Shown: in pieces, positions 25,175 through 39,499 of the stretch
Position numbering within the stretch: position 1 is the first letter of the stretch
How the letters are laid out: every line of letters starts with the position of its first letter
From: Obrimoposthia wandeli
Taxonomy: Eukaryota
Direction: 5' to 3'
Assembly (NCBI GenBank): GCA_977020255.1
Contig: CDROCS010000052.1
Span: 434,001-498,000, forward strand
Length of the DNA stretch: 64,000 nt
The notes under the pieces: model-generated
Databases searched by the model: none
What the model was told of the DNA's origin: nothing
What the model saw: only the letters and a program-made list of their open reading frames with translations
Program-made: the position numbers and the translations under genes

Positions 25175-28100
25175 ATGAGGACAAGGGATTATCTCTTAAT
25201 GCTAGGGATGCTGATAACAGGTGCTATTAATACCATTTCGAAGAAAGTTCAGTTGCAATGCTTGTTCGTTTGTATTTATTTTGTTATATTTTTTAAGTTA
25301 TACATTTAAAAACATTTTGGTGATAAGAAGTTTAGTTACATTTTTTATCCCAATTCTGGGCTTTAAATAAAAAAATATGAAAACAAACTCATGATATCCT
25401 TAATACAGTGGATAAAGTAAATTTGTCTAACATTAATAACTCCTAATCAATTCATTCTCATTATTAGGAAGTGAATGGAGTATCTAGAAAGCAGAAGTTG
25501 TTTCTAATACAATTTGCAAGTAAATCCGTTAAATAAAATAATTTTACTATACTTATTTTCCGTTTTCGTATTATCGTCACTTCTTCTCAAGTTAATTTCT
25601 ACGAGTTTATACAAATACGGGAGTGTCTTTAAAACTAAACATTTGAGTTAGAAAAAGTAATGTATACCTAACTGAGTTTTTTCGACAGCCAATTTAGTTC
25701 ATAGGTATAGTTCTTCAGTTCTTGTAAAGATACTCCTCGCTACCTTGTCCATAATTACTTGTCATCTGTTCAGATGTTATTGTGGAAGATTGTACGACAA
25801 TGAGCTGAAGAAGTATGGCCTCGAAGTTACAATAGCATTCATAGTTGTGGTTTCTTTTGAAAAATATGTTCTGATTTTAGTTATCATTTTTGTTGACTTA
25901 ATTATCCATATTCAATTTTCTATCAAGAATATTTCGCGATTTTTGATTGAATCTTTTGCCTATATCTCAGAAATTTAAGGTATTTTGTCATCCAAAAATA
26001 ATGAATTCTGTGTTTTCTTCATTTAATTAAAGATATGTATTTAACTACCACATAGTGCCCTACTTAAGAAGGTGGCTTATTTGAATGATAATGTTATTTC
26101 TAATATTATTAGTTGTTAAAGTAATTTTGCTTAAAATCTTTATGCATTAATATTCAGATACGGTATGTGCCAGTAAATGTGACGCTATTCGCTATCATTG
26201 TTGTGCAAAGTCCAAAAAAATTATTGTATTTGTATAATGTAAAATTGTTGACCTTGACACTTATAATTAGAACAATATTAAGGAATCTGTGAAATTCTTA
26301 TCAGATTATCATAATAACAAGATAATCTAATATCCGGTGTATTTTCGTTATCAGCTGCCTTTGATTTTCAAATTGTTTAGAAACACAAAGTCAAACAACA
26401 TCTTCAGATTATCAATATTAGTTTAAAATATAAACGTAAATTAAATGATATTTCTTAGAAAATGTTTCCATATAGATGACATTTTGTTGATTGTTTTACA
26501 TTTAAAAATGCTGACGTCAACAAATTTGCAATGAACTTCAAAGGCATGTACAATAGGTAATTTCATACGGTTTCAGAGTTATTTAGTAAAAAGAAAACAA
26601 GTAGAGATGATGAGAAATGCATCTTCAAAGGAAGTTACTCTAAATTGTGAAGTTCCACAAGGATAAATATTTAGATCAATTTTATTTTTAACTTATGCAA
26701 CTTGAATGAACATACTGAGCACTCAAATATTCATAGAATTCCACCGAAGAGGCAATATTCAAATATCTGCTAAAGACGAAAAGGGTATAAATGACGCATA
26801 TATATGACCTGAAAAACTGATCCCTGACATTAAATGAACGTAAAACTGAATGTATTGTCTTTGATTCAAACGAAAATCGACAGAAAGTATATTATGAATA
26901 AAGTTTCAGTTGAAAATCAGATGTGCTTAAAAAATCGTTTTTTTATGAAAATTTGAGGACAAATCAAATTAAGAATTTATTGAAAACGCAACTTTCATCG
27001 AAGAATAATCGTGAAAAGTAGTCAATATTTATCTAAAGGTGCTGTGGTAATGTTAACACAATCGATTGACATAATTAAAAACTTATTTAGTTTATAAAAT
27101 TCGTATAGTAATCCAAAAAGGCATAAGTAAAGTATTGAAGTACTTCAGCGATATGTTTTATTGTTAGAGACTTCACACATAGATAGATAATAGTAAAATA
27201 TTATACTATCCAAAGGCTCTTCGGTGCAGTCTGAAAAAGAGTCGACATTAAGACAAAACAGGCTTGAAAAACGTTAAACTAAATATATTTATTTTATTGA
27301 AATATCAGAAATTTTTAAATATTATGAGTAAAATAAATCCGAAATATATACAAGAATAATTTGTCAGCAAAAATCTAATTTTTGCAGCAACAAAATGAAA
27401 AATTCAAATAATAAATGGGAAACAATTAAAGAACAAAATGTGAAATTCCCATATTAATTGGAATATTTGTAGTTAGAATAGAATTTCAAAACTGTTTCTA
27501 TAAAATTTAAATATAATCCCATAAAAATGTTTGCCAGTTTTCCAGAACAAATACCGTTTAAAATATTTACAAAAATAATTTTAGGGAAAATGCTGAAGTA
27601 TTAGCTCCCAAAACCATTATGAGACATGTGTAAATCAAATTATTACATTACATAAAATATTGTTTAAATATCACATTACAATGGGGTTTAAAAAATAAAT
27701 AGAATTAAAGCACTGATGTTAAGTAAAGTTGAGAAGTTGTACAAATCCTCTAAAATGAAGAGGTTAATAAAATCACCAAGAAATACTTTATTATAACTTG
27801 AATTTTCAAACCGGAGTTACATTGGTTACAATTTTAACTTAAACGAAAAAAAAAAGTATATAAATATATTTTTATTACGGTCCGTATCTCTGTGCTAAAA
27901 TTTCCAGATGGATAATTTTGTAGAAGCATTAATTAAATCAATAAACTTTATCCATGTACGAGCGCTAAATTATTGCGAATTTTTTGCTTTGACTAAAGAA
28001 ATTAATAAGAGCTAATAAAGTCAAGCAGTTGTATTACTTGTATTCTTTTAGTTTAATAAAATAAATCAAAGTTCTTATGAGGCAAATTTCTGACCCGCAT

Positions 28101-31100
28101 ACAATTTAAGTTCGAAACTTATGGTCTCTGTATAGCAACCTCGAAGTCTGATGTGTATTGGTTGTGGCCAGGGCTCCCGGAATTACGGGACTGAAGAACG
28201 CCAGTCATGCTGTTAATCACCCCTTCAATAAGCCGTGGCTACAAACCCTGGCAATGTTCATGGGCGAGTTTCTCTGCATGCTCGGCTTCATTGCCATACG
28301 GTTCCGGAAACAGCGCAAACAGCAGGTTGGGCGGTGGCTACATATTTCGTTGACATTTTGTAAGCTATGTTAAACCTTTACATTTATTTTCCATTCAGGT
28401 TTTGATGGAGAGTGGGTCCGAAGTTCCGATTTCGAGTTTGACTACGAACAGGTAGGGAACAGACACTGAAGAAACATTCTTTTTCAATTTCGGCAGACTA
28501 TTTGTAATTTTATGAGGAATGCAAATTTCGTAACATATTTTAGTGATAATGCTTGCATAGATATTGTGGTTAAAGGAATATAATATTTAATTCACAATAC
28601 ATAATACACCATCCCCATTTTACTTTATTCTCCCTTAATATGCCTAATAAAGCAGCAAACTTGAATGAGTAATTCATTAATTGTCTGTTTTAAATATACT
28701 CAATTCAGAATTACAAGCGCCTATCATATGATTTATTTTCAAATTAATAAATATTTTATTAGTGTAACTTATAAAATTAATGCGGCTTGAGAATATTTAG
28801 AATTAATAAATTTTACAATCTGCATTAGTGAAATGATATTTTTGTATTTAAATTATAAAAGTTAAAAAGTAATCTGATAAATCTATTAATAACTCAGCAT
28901 TATTTAATTTTGTTTTAAACTAATTTTAAATAAACTCTTTTAAAACAAATAAATTGAAATCTTGTTTGCTACATTTCTATAATATCCTTATAAACATGCT
29001 TAGAATGCATCTATATGTAAAAGAATATGCTAGTCATTAGTATTTTTAATTATCATCCAGGGTATTCCCTTGTCATTAAAAATATATTCTGAATGTGTTC
29101 CAAAATAAAGTTTTGTTAAAATTTGTAAAGTTGAAGTTATTTTCATATTAAAAAAACAATGTTACATTTATCTGAGTGAATGTTATAATGGATTTATTAA
29201 ATACTACTACTTGAGTAGTTCGAAAAGTATTGATAATTTACTTCTCCATAATGACTGAGCAATATTTCCAAAATAACATATATGTATATTGAAATATAAT
29301 CCTTCAGAGCAACAAAAAACAATTTTGAAATCGTATCCAAGTTTTCAAAGGTAAAAAATTGATTCAATTTTGTCTTGGAAATTGCGTTGAGCTGAGATTC
29401 GTTGAGATTTGAGATTCAAAATTTGAATATGGTGTCTGACGAAAAGCTTTGTATGACTTCTACGAAAGAAATTAAGTCACTAATCGCGAGACATGCGTCT
29501 GAGCCTTTTCACGAATCAAGACAGAATTCCTTCAACCAATACTCAGAGAGAGGTTAACAGACTTCTGATTCATCATTTGAGGAAACTCGGTGTTTTGTCT
29601 GTGAGGGAAATACTCATTATATGTTTCTTCTTCCAAAGCTTGCCACGTTTTACTCTCTGATCGGTGATAAAACCCTTTCTCGTTGATGTAGATGTTCTCT
29701 TGTAAATCGGTTTTTCGTCAACATGCCAATAAATTCATGAGGAACATGTACGCGACCAGGTTTTGTCAGTTATTTAATTATTTCGAACCCCCTTTGGACA
29801 CAAACCTTTCATCTTGAATGTCAGGACCAATAAAATAAATAAGACAACTTGTAATTTGACCATTTACTTGAACCATTTCACGTATCTACTTTATATTATG
29901 TTCATGCTGAGCGGTGATCGGTACGCTACTGTCCTGATACCATCCGTAATTTGCCGCATACTTTTATGCATACTCTTTGCTGAAAGACCTTCCTCTGACC
30001 ATTTATTCAACAACAAAAATATCAGAGACTTGTTACGATCATATTTACAATAAAAATCTGCCAAATTGGTTTGGTGCATGCCATTTTGTGTTCTATCATT
30101 TGTGTTTTAATCATAAATTCATATGAATGGCATTATACCAGATTTCATTTAAACTTTCCTATATTGGAGATTTAAGGTATTTTTTCAATCAAAAATGATC
30201 TATTTTAACCTTCTTAAGAAAATATATAGTGCAATTATCGAAAATTTTCTAACAATCAAAGTTATATGATTTGATAAATTTTTCTTAAAATAATTATGTT
30301 TTCAACACTGTTGGTTATCCGATATATGGTGAGCTATTGATGAATTGCTTTATGTTATATTGTTCTGTGTATGACTCATTTTCCAGTCTCTTGAGCTGGG
30401 TATTCTTTCTGCCAACTCTCTGTGATCTTCTCGGAACCACAGTCTCAGGTGGTGCTTTCTTCAGCATAATTTATGGTCCCTATTTAGTTTAAAGATTTAA
30501 AATAATGCCTTTTTTGTGATAATTAGGATATTGAATTCAATTGTGGCATATATCAATAGTCAATGGAGCCTCATTTTGATTAGAAATTAATTTTGGCTGT
30601 TTTGTTGTAAAGATTCAGTAAAGGATTTAATTGATTAGCTAGAATATTAAGTAGTAAAAAACTTGAAATCAAGTCTTGATGTAATAATCGTAAGTGTTAG
30701 CATTTTAGTTATCTTTTTTTATTAGATAAATTAAATTAAAATGGGATATTTTCCCTTATTATACAATGTTATATTGACAGATATAATGTATTCCTCGACC
30801 ATTTGTAGGCTACAGTCTGATGTACATTGACGCTTCAGTTTGGCAAATGATGCGGGGTTCTTTGATCGTCTTTGTTGGGATTCTTTCGGTGAGTTTTCTT
30901 TCATCTCTAATTTCAATTGTTTTTCATTATATTCCGATTGAACGATTTTGTGTTCAAATGAAGCCATTCTGTTAAATCGGAATGTGTAAAGGAAAACGTT
31001 TTTAACTACTTATAATGTAGACAATAATTTACTATTTTCGGCCATTCGGAGATCTTTCTTTACTAATTTTCTACTTTGATCCACTATTAAAATACACAAG

Positions 31101-34100
31101 CTAGGAGCTACTAAATCTTGACTTGAAAAGTGACTAGATCTAGCAAGATTTGAAAGTTAACAGAAATCATTTTCAACGAAACGTAGATGAAATTCCGAGA
31201 ATGTCCAGATGATTACAAGACGTTTAGGAATCATTTCACAGCTTGGACCAAGGAACCTTCAAAATATTGTTAATGTTTCTAAAATAAAGTGTTCATTATA
31301 GATAAAAATGTGAAAATGAAAACAGTTTAGATTGACTAGAAATGAGACCAAAATGTACCAATTAATGATAGTACTTATAAATATTAGTAATATATACTAG
31401 AAATGAGACCAAAATGTACCAATTAATGATAGTACTTATAAATACTTATACATAACTAATGTTGAAATATTTGTACAGTTACATGTTGAATGAGTAGACT
31501 AATTACTTATTCGAAAATACTTTACTCTGGCTGTTTAATTGTAAGTTGTGATAGTGTGTGACTGATTAATGACACCCGGTCTGTCTGCAGATGATATTCT
31601 TGAAGCGGCGTTTACGACTTTTCAACTGGACAGGCATCAGTTTCACAGTCGTGGGTTTGGTTCTCGTAGGGGTCTCCAGTGTCCTCAAAACACCCGCTAT
31701 CAATAATTCCAGTACCAACAGTGGGAGCAGTGGACACAAAGTATTAGGTGAGCATCATTACTATATATAGTGAATAGGTGGATTTTATCTTTGTAAATCT
31801 CAAATATTAATCCTATAAATGATTTTTTAAGGAATATTTTATTTATATTTTACGCAATATTAACAGCTATATTTCAAGTTCAATTATACGACGAATTATC
31901 AAAGAAAGAAACATTAGACTGTGCTGCACCACAAGGATCAGTATTAGGTCTCATTTTATTTCTTGTATCTACCAGTAGGATTTAACATATTATGGAAATG
32001 TTTGATATATCAAGGTTCAGACAAAATTAAATTTTAAGTTTCCCATGTCACGAAAAGATGATAATTTCTGAAAATAACTTAATTAACATAATAATTTTTA
32101 AATTAAATTACCTCAGCCGCAAATCGACAAAAAACGGTAAATTATTGCTTTGTTTAAATATATTCCTTTTCTCTCATTTATTACCAGGGCGGGTTACTTA
32201 TGTCTTAAAAATTGATATTTTTATGACTTTATAAAAATATTACGTAATAAACTATATATTACAAAAAATAGAAAATTTAATTTTCCTTTTTAAAATTTCT
32301 TATGAAATTATTATTTTTTAGTGATCTGTTTACTTGAAAATTTAATAATTCACTCTAAGTTACATTCACAAATTATCAAATTACCTGAGGCATATTTTCA
32401 AAAAATTGAACAAATAAATAATATACAAATTTAAAACAAATTTTTTTAATAAATATCATTTATGTTTTTTAAATTTAAATTTTTTTTCTTTAAATCTATA
32501 ACAATCAATTGAAATCTGGAATGCAATTGGGTCATTTTAATTTGATTTTAATAAAAATATTATATTTAAATAATTACTTTTTTTAATACATGACATTTAT
32601 GACTTGTCATTACAAAAAGCCGACCCATTTATTACATATAGATTTGTTGGCTCATTATTAAAGGGCCTTGAATTTACCTAACATTTCATTAAAACATCAA
32701 TATTAAATATTGTTAATCAATAAATTTATTGATTATAATAAAACAGCTTCTCAAAGAAACGGTAAATTTATAACATAAATAATTTGTTTAAATAAATAGG
32801 TGACGTTATGCCAATATATTGTCCGCAATTAAAAATATAGCGCATCAATGAAGTAGAGTTTTAGAGACTGAACCTTGACGGCATACAATTTTTTGTAGCT
32901 TGAACTTGATACCATATGAACTCTCCATAGCGATTATTAAATAATAATGTCTTCAACATAATTCATTCAAGTTTTTATTAATTGTTTTCATTTCTCAGGG
33001 TCACATAATTTGAATTTTCCTGTCCCATAATGTGTTAACTATTTATTTTGAGTTGGAATATTATTCTTACTTTATTTAGAATAAGTTAGAGGTGACTCAA
33101 TTGATTTTTTGGTAAATTGGAGAGTGCAGTCAACTGTAATTGGTTTGGTGATGCACTGTTTTGGTGGTGCACTTTGTTAAGTTCACGCAACCACTTTGAA
33201 ATTAATTGTCGTGTCATCCATGCCTTTGTGTTAGCTGCATATCTTATTGAAAGTGCACCTTTGGAGAACCTTGTATTTTGAGGTTTCTCGCCAAGTTTCT
33301 CCACCCATACCTGTATTTAAGATGAATTGAATTGAATGAATTTTATCCAACATGATTATTAGCCCTGTCATTTGAAAACCACTTCAGCAATGCAGCATCT
33401 AACTTAGAAAATGCAGATTTTGGCTCTCAAAACGAAGAGTGTACTTGGGAATTTTACTCAAAGGAGTCCATATCCGTTCTAATTTTAAATCATATTACAT
33501 CCTGATTTTTTTAAAACCATACTTTTACTATTCATGATTTTATTTTCAATACACTTTAAAAAGGACATACTGAGGAATTTGCGAAAATATATAATTAATA
33601 AAATTTTAATAATAACAAAAATCTAAATAAAATTTAATGTTAAAAAGTAATATTTATATAAAATTTCAAGATGTAAAGCATTAAACAACATAATTTCCAC
33701 TTGCAGAACGCGAGGATTTGAACTTTGAAATATGTACTAATGGTTAACGGAGTGGATAATTATAAGAAACTTTTACATGTAAATTAATTGTCCACTCTGT
33801 TAACTATATTTATATAATTGGATGCTGTAACTGTAATAAGACCTTTTAATAATTGACTTTCTCCTATAACGTAAACATTTCACTGGTATATATTTAAAAC
33901 GTTAGTTGTCAGTAACTTTCACGTACTTGCACATTATTATTGGCCAGGCGTGATCCTGATCTTGGTTGGCTCGTTGATCAATTCCGGTCAAATGGTGCTG
34001 GAAGAAGCTCTTCTCAAGAAAAGAAACTTTCACCCACTCCAAGTGGTCGGTAGTGAAGGTCTGATTGGCTCTGTTGTTACTGGAATTGTGAGTACTATTA

Positions 34101-37100
34101 AAATTAAATTTTCATAAAATGTCTCTACTTATTATTAAAAGTAATGTCAACCGTATTTAAATTCATTTAATCATTTTTATGCAAGTGTATATCTTTTATT
34201 GATTTTATAAATTTTTAGACAATACTAGAATTGCTAATTGATTACTGTTCACCCGTTAATGTATAATTTGAGTATATACCATACTATATGAAGTACTACT
34301 TCAGTAGTCAAATTTTAATTTCTAATCAATCATACTTACTTTGATTTGGTTATTGTAGTAATACGAATTTTAAAGCATTTTTAATGTAACCCTATCAAAT
34401 TATTACAAAGTTTGTTAGTATATTTACAAATACGGCAACATGTAAATAAACAAATGTCACATTTTTTCATTTAAATTTTCAAAATTATAAAAGTATACAA
34501 CTTAAATTTGAGATAAATTAAAAACGATTGTAGAAAAAAGTATATTTCAAATAAAACAAACTAAACATGGAATACGTGTATTATACCACCAGAAATGTAT
34601 ACTGCTATGATAGTTAGTTGTAAAATTCTTTGGATCCTTATATGTAATATCCAATAAAGGATTATCCATACAAAAAAGCACACCTTCTAATGATTATAGA
34701 AACTCGACAATTTTATTCACATTTTATCTGAAAAGCACGATACAAACAGCATGCACTTTAACGTGCAATATCTTGGCCTCTAATTGGTCCATACCCAGAC
34801 ACCGACACAAACACGTGATTCAGGAATTTAGCTGAATCACATTATGAAATGTACTTAGAGTTATTTAATTTGAACGATAGTAAAACATCAACCCCCTTTT
34901 CGGACACTACGCGAACGTTTTTTTTGACTTAGAGTTATTTAATTTGAAACGAACGTTTCTTGTTTGTTTCCATTATCTGGTTGATAACTTCCTGCTTTAC
35001 CTTTTTCATCGATGACTTGAGCAGACAAATTAGGGTATCTTTGTTAGTTTCTTGTCAGCCATTATCTAAGACTAGGGTACCCTAATATTACTCAATCAGA
35101 CATAGTTGGGAGGAAGATGAGTTGTACAGCGTGGAAGAAGAGAAATGGTGCGGTGATGAGACAGATAAGAAGAGACGTGGTATAATACGTGTTTAAGCAT
35201 TTTATAATATAAATTATATAATTATATTTTTAAAATCCTCAATTATTGATTTTTATTCATTTAAATATGAAATTATAGACTCTTAAAGATCTTTAGAATA
35301 AATTTTTCTCAAATATATTACAACTATGTAATATTTTCAGCAGAATAAACACACTAAATATAAAGCATTGCTAGCGTTTCGAACCTATCTTGAGTTCGCA
35401 CTGGAGAGTAAACTATTTTATCATTATTTATTGATATACAACATTTGTTTCAATTCCAAGTGTTGAAGTTGAAATCCTTCTCTCGTGAGTCGAAATTATA
35501 AATGCCTATAACGTTTCCCTGAGCAGATTTTGATAATGTTTCCTTGACTGTTGCCCGCTCAGATCTTGTTGCCGATCTTGTACAAGATTCCCGGCAAAGA
35601 CCAAGGTTCTTTTGAAAATGTGGTGGACGGTCTGTACCAAATATACCAGAACCCGCTACTGCTCACCAATATTATCCTCTACTGTCTTTCCATCGCCTTT
35701 TACAACTACTTCGGACTATCTGTTGCCCGCAGTCTCTCAGGTAATTATACTATCGCACTGCTGGGTGAAACCTGAGTACAACTTCTTTCTGAGACATTCA
35801 CTTTTCTCTAACTCGTTAGCATGTTCACATTTATCCCCCACTTATATAATCAACCTTCGGACCTTTGGAATCCCATATAATGATCCAATTATTCATAAAC
35901 CACATCACTAACAAATGTATCAAATCTCATTTCTGGCAAAATTATACGATAGCGAACAACAAAGTTAAAAATCTGCATTTTATCCAGGAATTAGATCTCA
36001 TCACGCCGGCTTCATTCAGCACCGCGTTTAATTTTAAAACCACACTGCCATTTTTTTAATCACTTAATTTTCTTTCCAACAAGTTTCTGCTGACATTCTC
36101 GGATTAAGTCAATCTCTACATTTTTTTCTACTGACAGTTCTTTGTATACTTTGCCTTCTTATACAAATCTGTCCACCCAAGCTCTAACTCTCTTTAAACC
36201 ATCCTGAAGCCCACAATTCCTCCATAATGATGTATCCATACAAAAGACTAACTGGGTCAGAAATGGTGAGGCTTGTGCGCAACACTAACCTACAATTCTG
36301 CCATCTCTCGGCTAAAATAATCTATGCCACAATCTGTCTTCTGGTGTTGATAACACTTGAAGATGTATTTCTGATGTATCACAAACCAAGGTTATATCTG
36401 ATCTTTGAAATCCAATCAGAACAAGTCCCCCTTCAGTTTTGGCCTTGGCTCGATAGCTTCATTGAAACACATTCCTCTGCTCTTGACCGTTGCATCAAAA
36501 ACAATGCTTATTTTGTTGCTTCTTTGTATTTTCTTGTGTGGAACTAGCCGACGTGTCTGCGATTTTTCACTTCTCTTACGTATCCTTTCTTGATATGATA
36601 ATTGGTCGTAGTGGAATATTCTTTCTGCAATTCAGGATCTTTATAAAATAGTCGCTCTTTTCTTTTCACTCTGCATAGCCATCTCATTAATTTTGCCTTT
36701 ACTCGTATTCCACAGAATTTCTACCATCATTTTTACTGCCTCAAGTACTCGATTCATCAACTTTATTAAAAACATTTACAACTTTTAAACGACCTGGCCA
36801 AAATCTGGCCCACATGTGCTTTGTATAGGACAAAATCAAGGCCTGCACATGCTGCTTAAAAATAATAAAAATGAATAGTTTTAATTTTTTTTGTTTGTTT
36901 TTCAGCTGTACATCGAACTCTAATAGATGCTCTGCGAACGGTGTTAGTGTGGTTCGTGAACCTTTTCCTCTTCTATGTCGTATCCAAAACGTACGGAGAA
37001 AGCTTCTCAAAATCGTTTGGCCTCTTACAGAGTGAGTATATATGTGAAAAATTACTGGAATTTATTCCAACGTATATAGGTTTATATAAAATAAATGTTT

Positions 37101-37453
37101 TAATTGTCAAAAGAATGAAATAATCAATTATTAACTGCTGACAAAGTACTCATAATAGTAAGTAGTATACTTGTGTCTATTAATAATTGTTTTGTACAGT
37201 TGATGGATTCGCATTCCTGATGATTGGTACTATGATCTACAACAAAGTGCTGAATCTAGACTTCATTCCGTTATGTCGACCCAATACTGGTGACATCACT
37301 GACAGCAACGTAAACGCGACAATCAATGATGATACATACGATGAAATTGCAAGTCAGCGACGAAGACCTTACATATTCGATTCTGATGACGAAGACAACA
37401 ATGACGAACGCTCGGTTATCAAGGAGACGGATCCTCTGCTCGGTGGCCAGTAA
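25175..37453 (+). CDS. SLC35F6: Solute carrier family 35 member F6-like (nucleotide-sugar transporter fold), 10 exons, 430 aa
   Basis: Exons 25175-25263, 28172-28325, 28399-28451, 30387-30448, 30809-30888, 31591-31747, 33948-34087, 35563-35740, 36906-37031 and 37200-37453 total 1293 nt with consistent phases. Motifs MLITGAINT, PWLQTLAMFMGEFLC, FLPTLCDLLGT, ASVWQMMRGS, QMVLEE, VGSEG, SIAFYNYFGLSV, HRTLIDALRT. C-terminal ETDPLL fits the [DE]xxxLL sorting motif. Confidence 0.93.
26580..26900 (+). mobile_element. Non-LTR (LINE) reverse transcriptase relic
   Basis: NCEVPQG*IFRSILF matches a degenerate GVPQGSxLGPxLF motif. Confidence 0.45.
31915..31985 (+). mobile_element. Non-LTR RT relic
   Basis: CAAPQGSVLGLILFLV matches the RT GVPQGSVLGP motif. 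Confidence 0.5.
33086..33304 (-). mobile_element. Tigger/pogo DDE transposase relic
   Basis: YAANTKAWMTRQLISKWL is the typical Tigger AN.KAWMT motif. Confidence 0.7.
36050..36700 (-). mobile_element. BEL/Pao LTR retrotransposon pol relic in SLC35F6 intron 8
   Basis: ISIVFDATVKSRGMCFNEAIEPRPKL and ITLVCDTSEIHLQVLSTPEDRLWHRLF resemble Pao RVVFDAS..G.SLND...GP.L and ALTADI..AFLQI.L...DR..LRFLW. Confidence 0.6.
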
Positions 37454-38879
37454 GGTGCACAAAGTGTAGTCAATGACCTAGATTTCTGTTGAACTTTGAT
37501 TATTTATTGATTTTAATTCAAACTATTTCTAAGATTCAGAATATATCGTAGTAAATTTTTTGTTGTTGAATATTTTATGATTTCAAAACGTTGAGTTTAT
37601 TGGGCTACAAAAATTAAAACATACTTTTTCATGAAACTGGAAGAGTCTTGCTTTTCAGTATGATGTGATTTGAATTTATAGGGAAGCGCAGTGACTGAGT
37701 ACTGAATTGTGCTTTTCCAGTTTTGTCCTTTTTCTACACTCTGGTATCATTCTTTAAATATTTAAAAATTCGCTATTTTGTTAATTTGGATTAACATGGA
37801 AGACGTTGATGAAACTCTTCAGGAAGCAAATCAAGCAAGTGCTACAAAACGCCGGGAACAAGTTCATGGATTTATTTTATGAAGAACGATAATTTAAAGA
37901 AGTTAACTTCATTCAAACTTCCACAACCCGAAGAATGACAGATAGTTAGCATTGAGTGTTAGCCACTTGAAAGGCGGTAGGCTTTAGCGCTACAAAGGCT
38001 GCCTCCAAAGAGCAACACCAAGTGATATTGAGATACATTTCTCTGGGGAAAACACAGCAGAAAAGTTTATAGAAACACGTTAATGCTTACAGAAAATGAA
38101 AGCTGTGCAGTTTCTTCGTGGAGATGTGACTCAACAACATGATGGTGATCGAGTGAGAAAATGGTACAAAATATTGTCATCGAAAATTTTTTGTGAAGAG
38201 GTTGTCAATATTTTACATTGTTCTTAAGTAGGTGGTTGTGTCCGGTCAAATCCACCCCCTGCTACGGATGGTACCACTGTTGTCTAAAACCATGTATATG
38301 TGTCCAATCTAAACCCCACCACTTGTGGGGATACTATCCAATTTTTTATATTACTTGGAGGGAAATTCCATGCAGGTGTGCATAAATTTCATATCCAATC
38401 TCAAAAGTGATTAAAGAAGACCACATGACTCCATAACTTAATTAATCGGCTGTTTTTAGGAATTTAAAAAATATATATATATAAAATTAGGTGGATGTGT
38501 CTGGTCTAATCCACCCCTGTTCTTTAAAATCGTGCATGTGATTTCTGTCTAATCCACCCCCAACCCTTAGGTACGTATCTCATTTATGTTCATATATACT
38601 CAAAAAGTATGAATTTCACATCCGACTTCCTACTCAAAAAGTGATAAAAGAAAACCATAAAAATCCATATTGACCCTATCGATTTATAATAGACTAAATT
38701 TCTGATAATACTTTTTGTGAATATATGTCTACTATTTTAAGCCTGTTTAGATAAATAAATTACTACATCTTTGTGAGAAGGACAAAATATGTCGTTTATA
38801 TTTATATAATTTATAGGAGAAAAATAAAATACAAATCAAAAAAATTCATTTCAATACATTTATTTAAAAGAAATATATA

Positions 38880-39130
38880 TATATAACGCTTTATTAGCTT
38901 CACTCAAAGTCCAAAGACGCTATATTTTTCCGTCATCAGCATATTATACATTGAGTCGTATTGAAATTGTCCATAGTTCTTCATCTAAAATTGTAGCAAA
39001 CAAATAATATATGTCATCTCTTAAACCCAGACTGAAATCAGTTTCAAGCTGGAAAGAATTTCCGTCGTATACATAATCAAGTATGTAAAATCTCAAAATA
39101 TATTTATTTACCACTTTTGATATTTTTACC
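38880..39130 (-). pseudogene. Ortholog of ORF 41147-41455 (putative OB-fold-like protein), disrupted
   Basis: VKISKVVNKY..YVYDGNSFQLETDFSL..DEELWTISIRLNV*YADDGKI*RLWTL aligns with the copy-B ORF. Confidence 0.65.
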
Positions 39131-39181
39131 ACTACCACAGGGTCCCACTATCTGATATACCGCATTATTTTTAAGTTTCAT
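39125..39181 (-). pseudogene. N-terminus of the packaging ATPase with intact Walker A (MKLKNNAVYQIVGPCGSGK), cut by a deletion
   Basis: Matches the copy-B ATPase start MELNNNAVFQIVG at 43077 and supplies the GxxGSGK motif missing there. Confidence 0.75.
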
Positions 39182-39264
39182 AATAATAAGAAGAATATTG
39201 TTTATAAGCATTTTATTAATATATACAACATAAATGAATTAAAAATTGATACAGAAAAAGTTAT

Positions 39265-39470
39265 TTACATCATATTTGAACGAATAATCAGAATGAAATT
39301 TTCAAAATCCAATTTCAATTTGAGATCTCTGTAGACATGTGAGCGAACTATTCCTTTAAGATGATCACGACCATTTTTATTTAAATTTGAAAAGTATTGA
39401 ACTCCATTTATTGTTCCTTTTATAATTTCATCAACAGTTTTATCAACTAATTTATCGTATTTCTCCATTC
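39265..39470 (-). CDS. Small conserved Polinton ORF ('VRSHV' family), in frame with the IAP RING in this copy
   Basis: DKLVDKTVDEIIKGTING...RDHLKGIVRSHVYRDL aligns with 42759-42974. Both copies lie directly upstream of the ATPase. Confidence 0.6.
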
Positions 39471-39499
39471 TTGTAAAAATCACTAAATTTAAATTGTTT

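Noticed and set aside
27030-27260. PIF1/Helitron helicase relic (KGAVVMLTQSID)
   Set aside because: Only one short motif resemblance; too weak to call.
29330-30060. Mariner transposase relic
   Set aside because: GC-richer decayed sequence, but no convincing D,D34D or WVPHEL/YSPDL motif could be read.
31338-31444. 47-bp local duplication, and similar ones at 2235-2345, 15495-15535 and 34855-34950
   Set aside because: Ordinary slippage duplications with no further structure.
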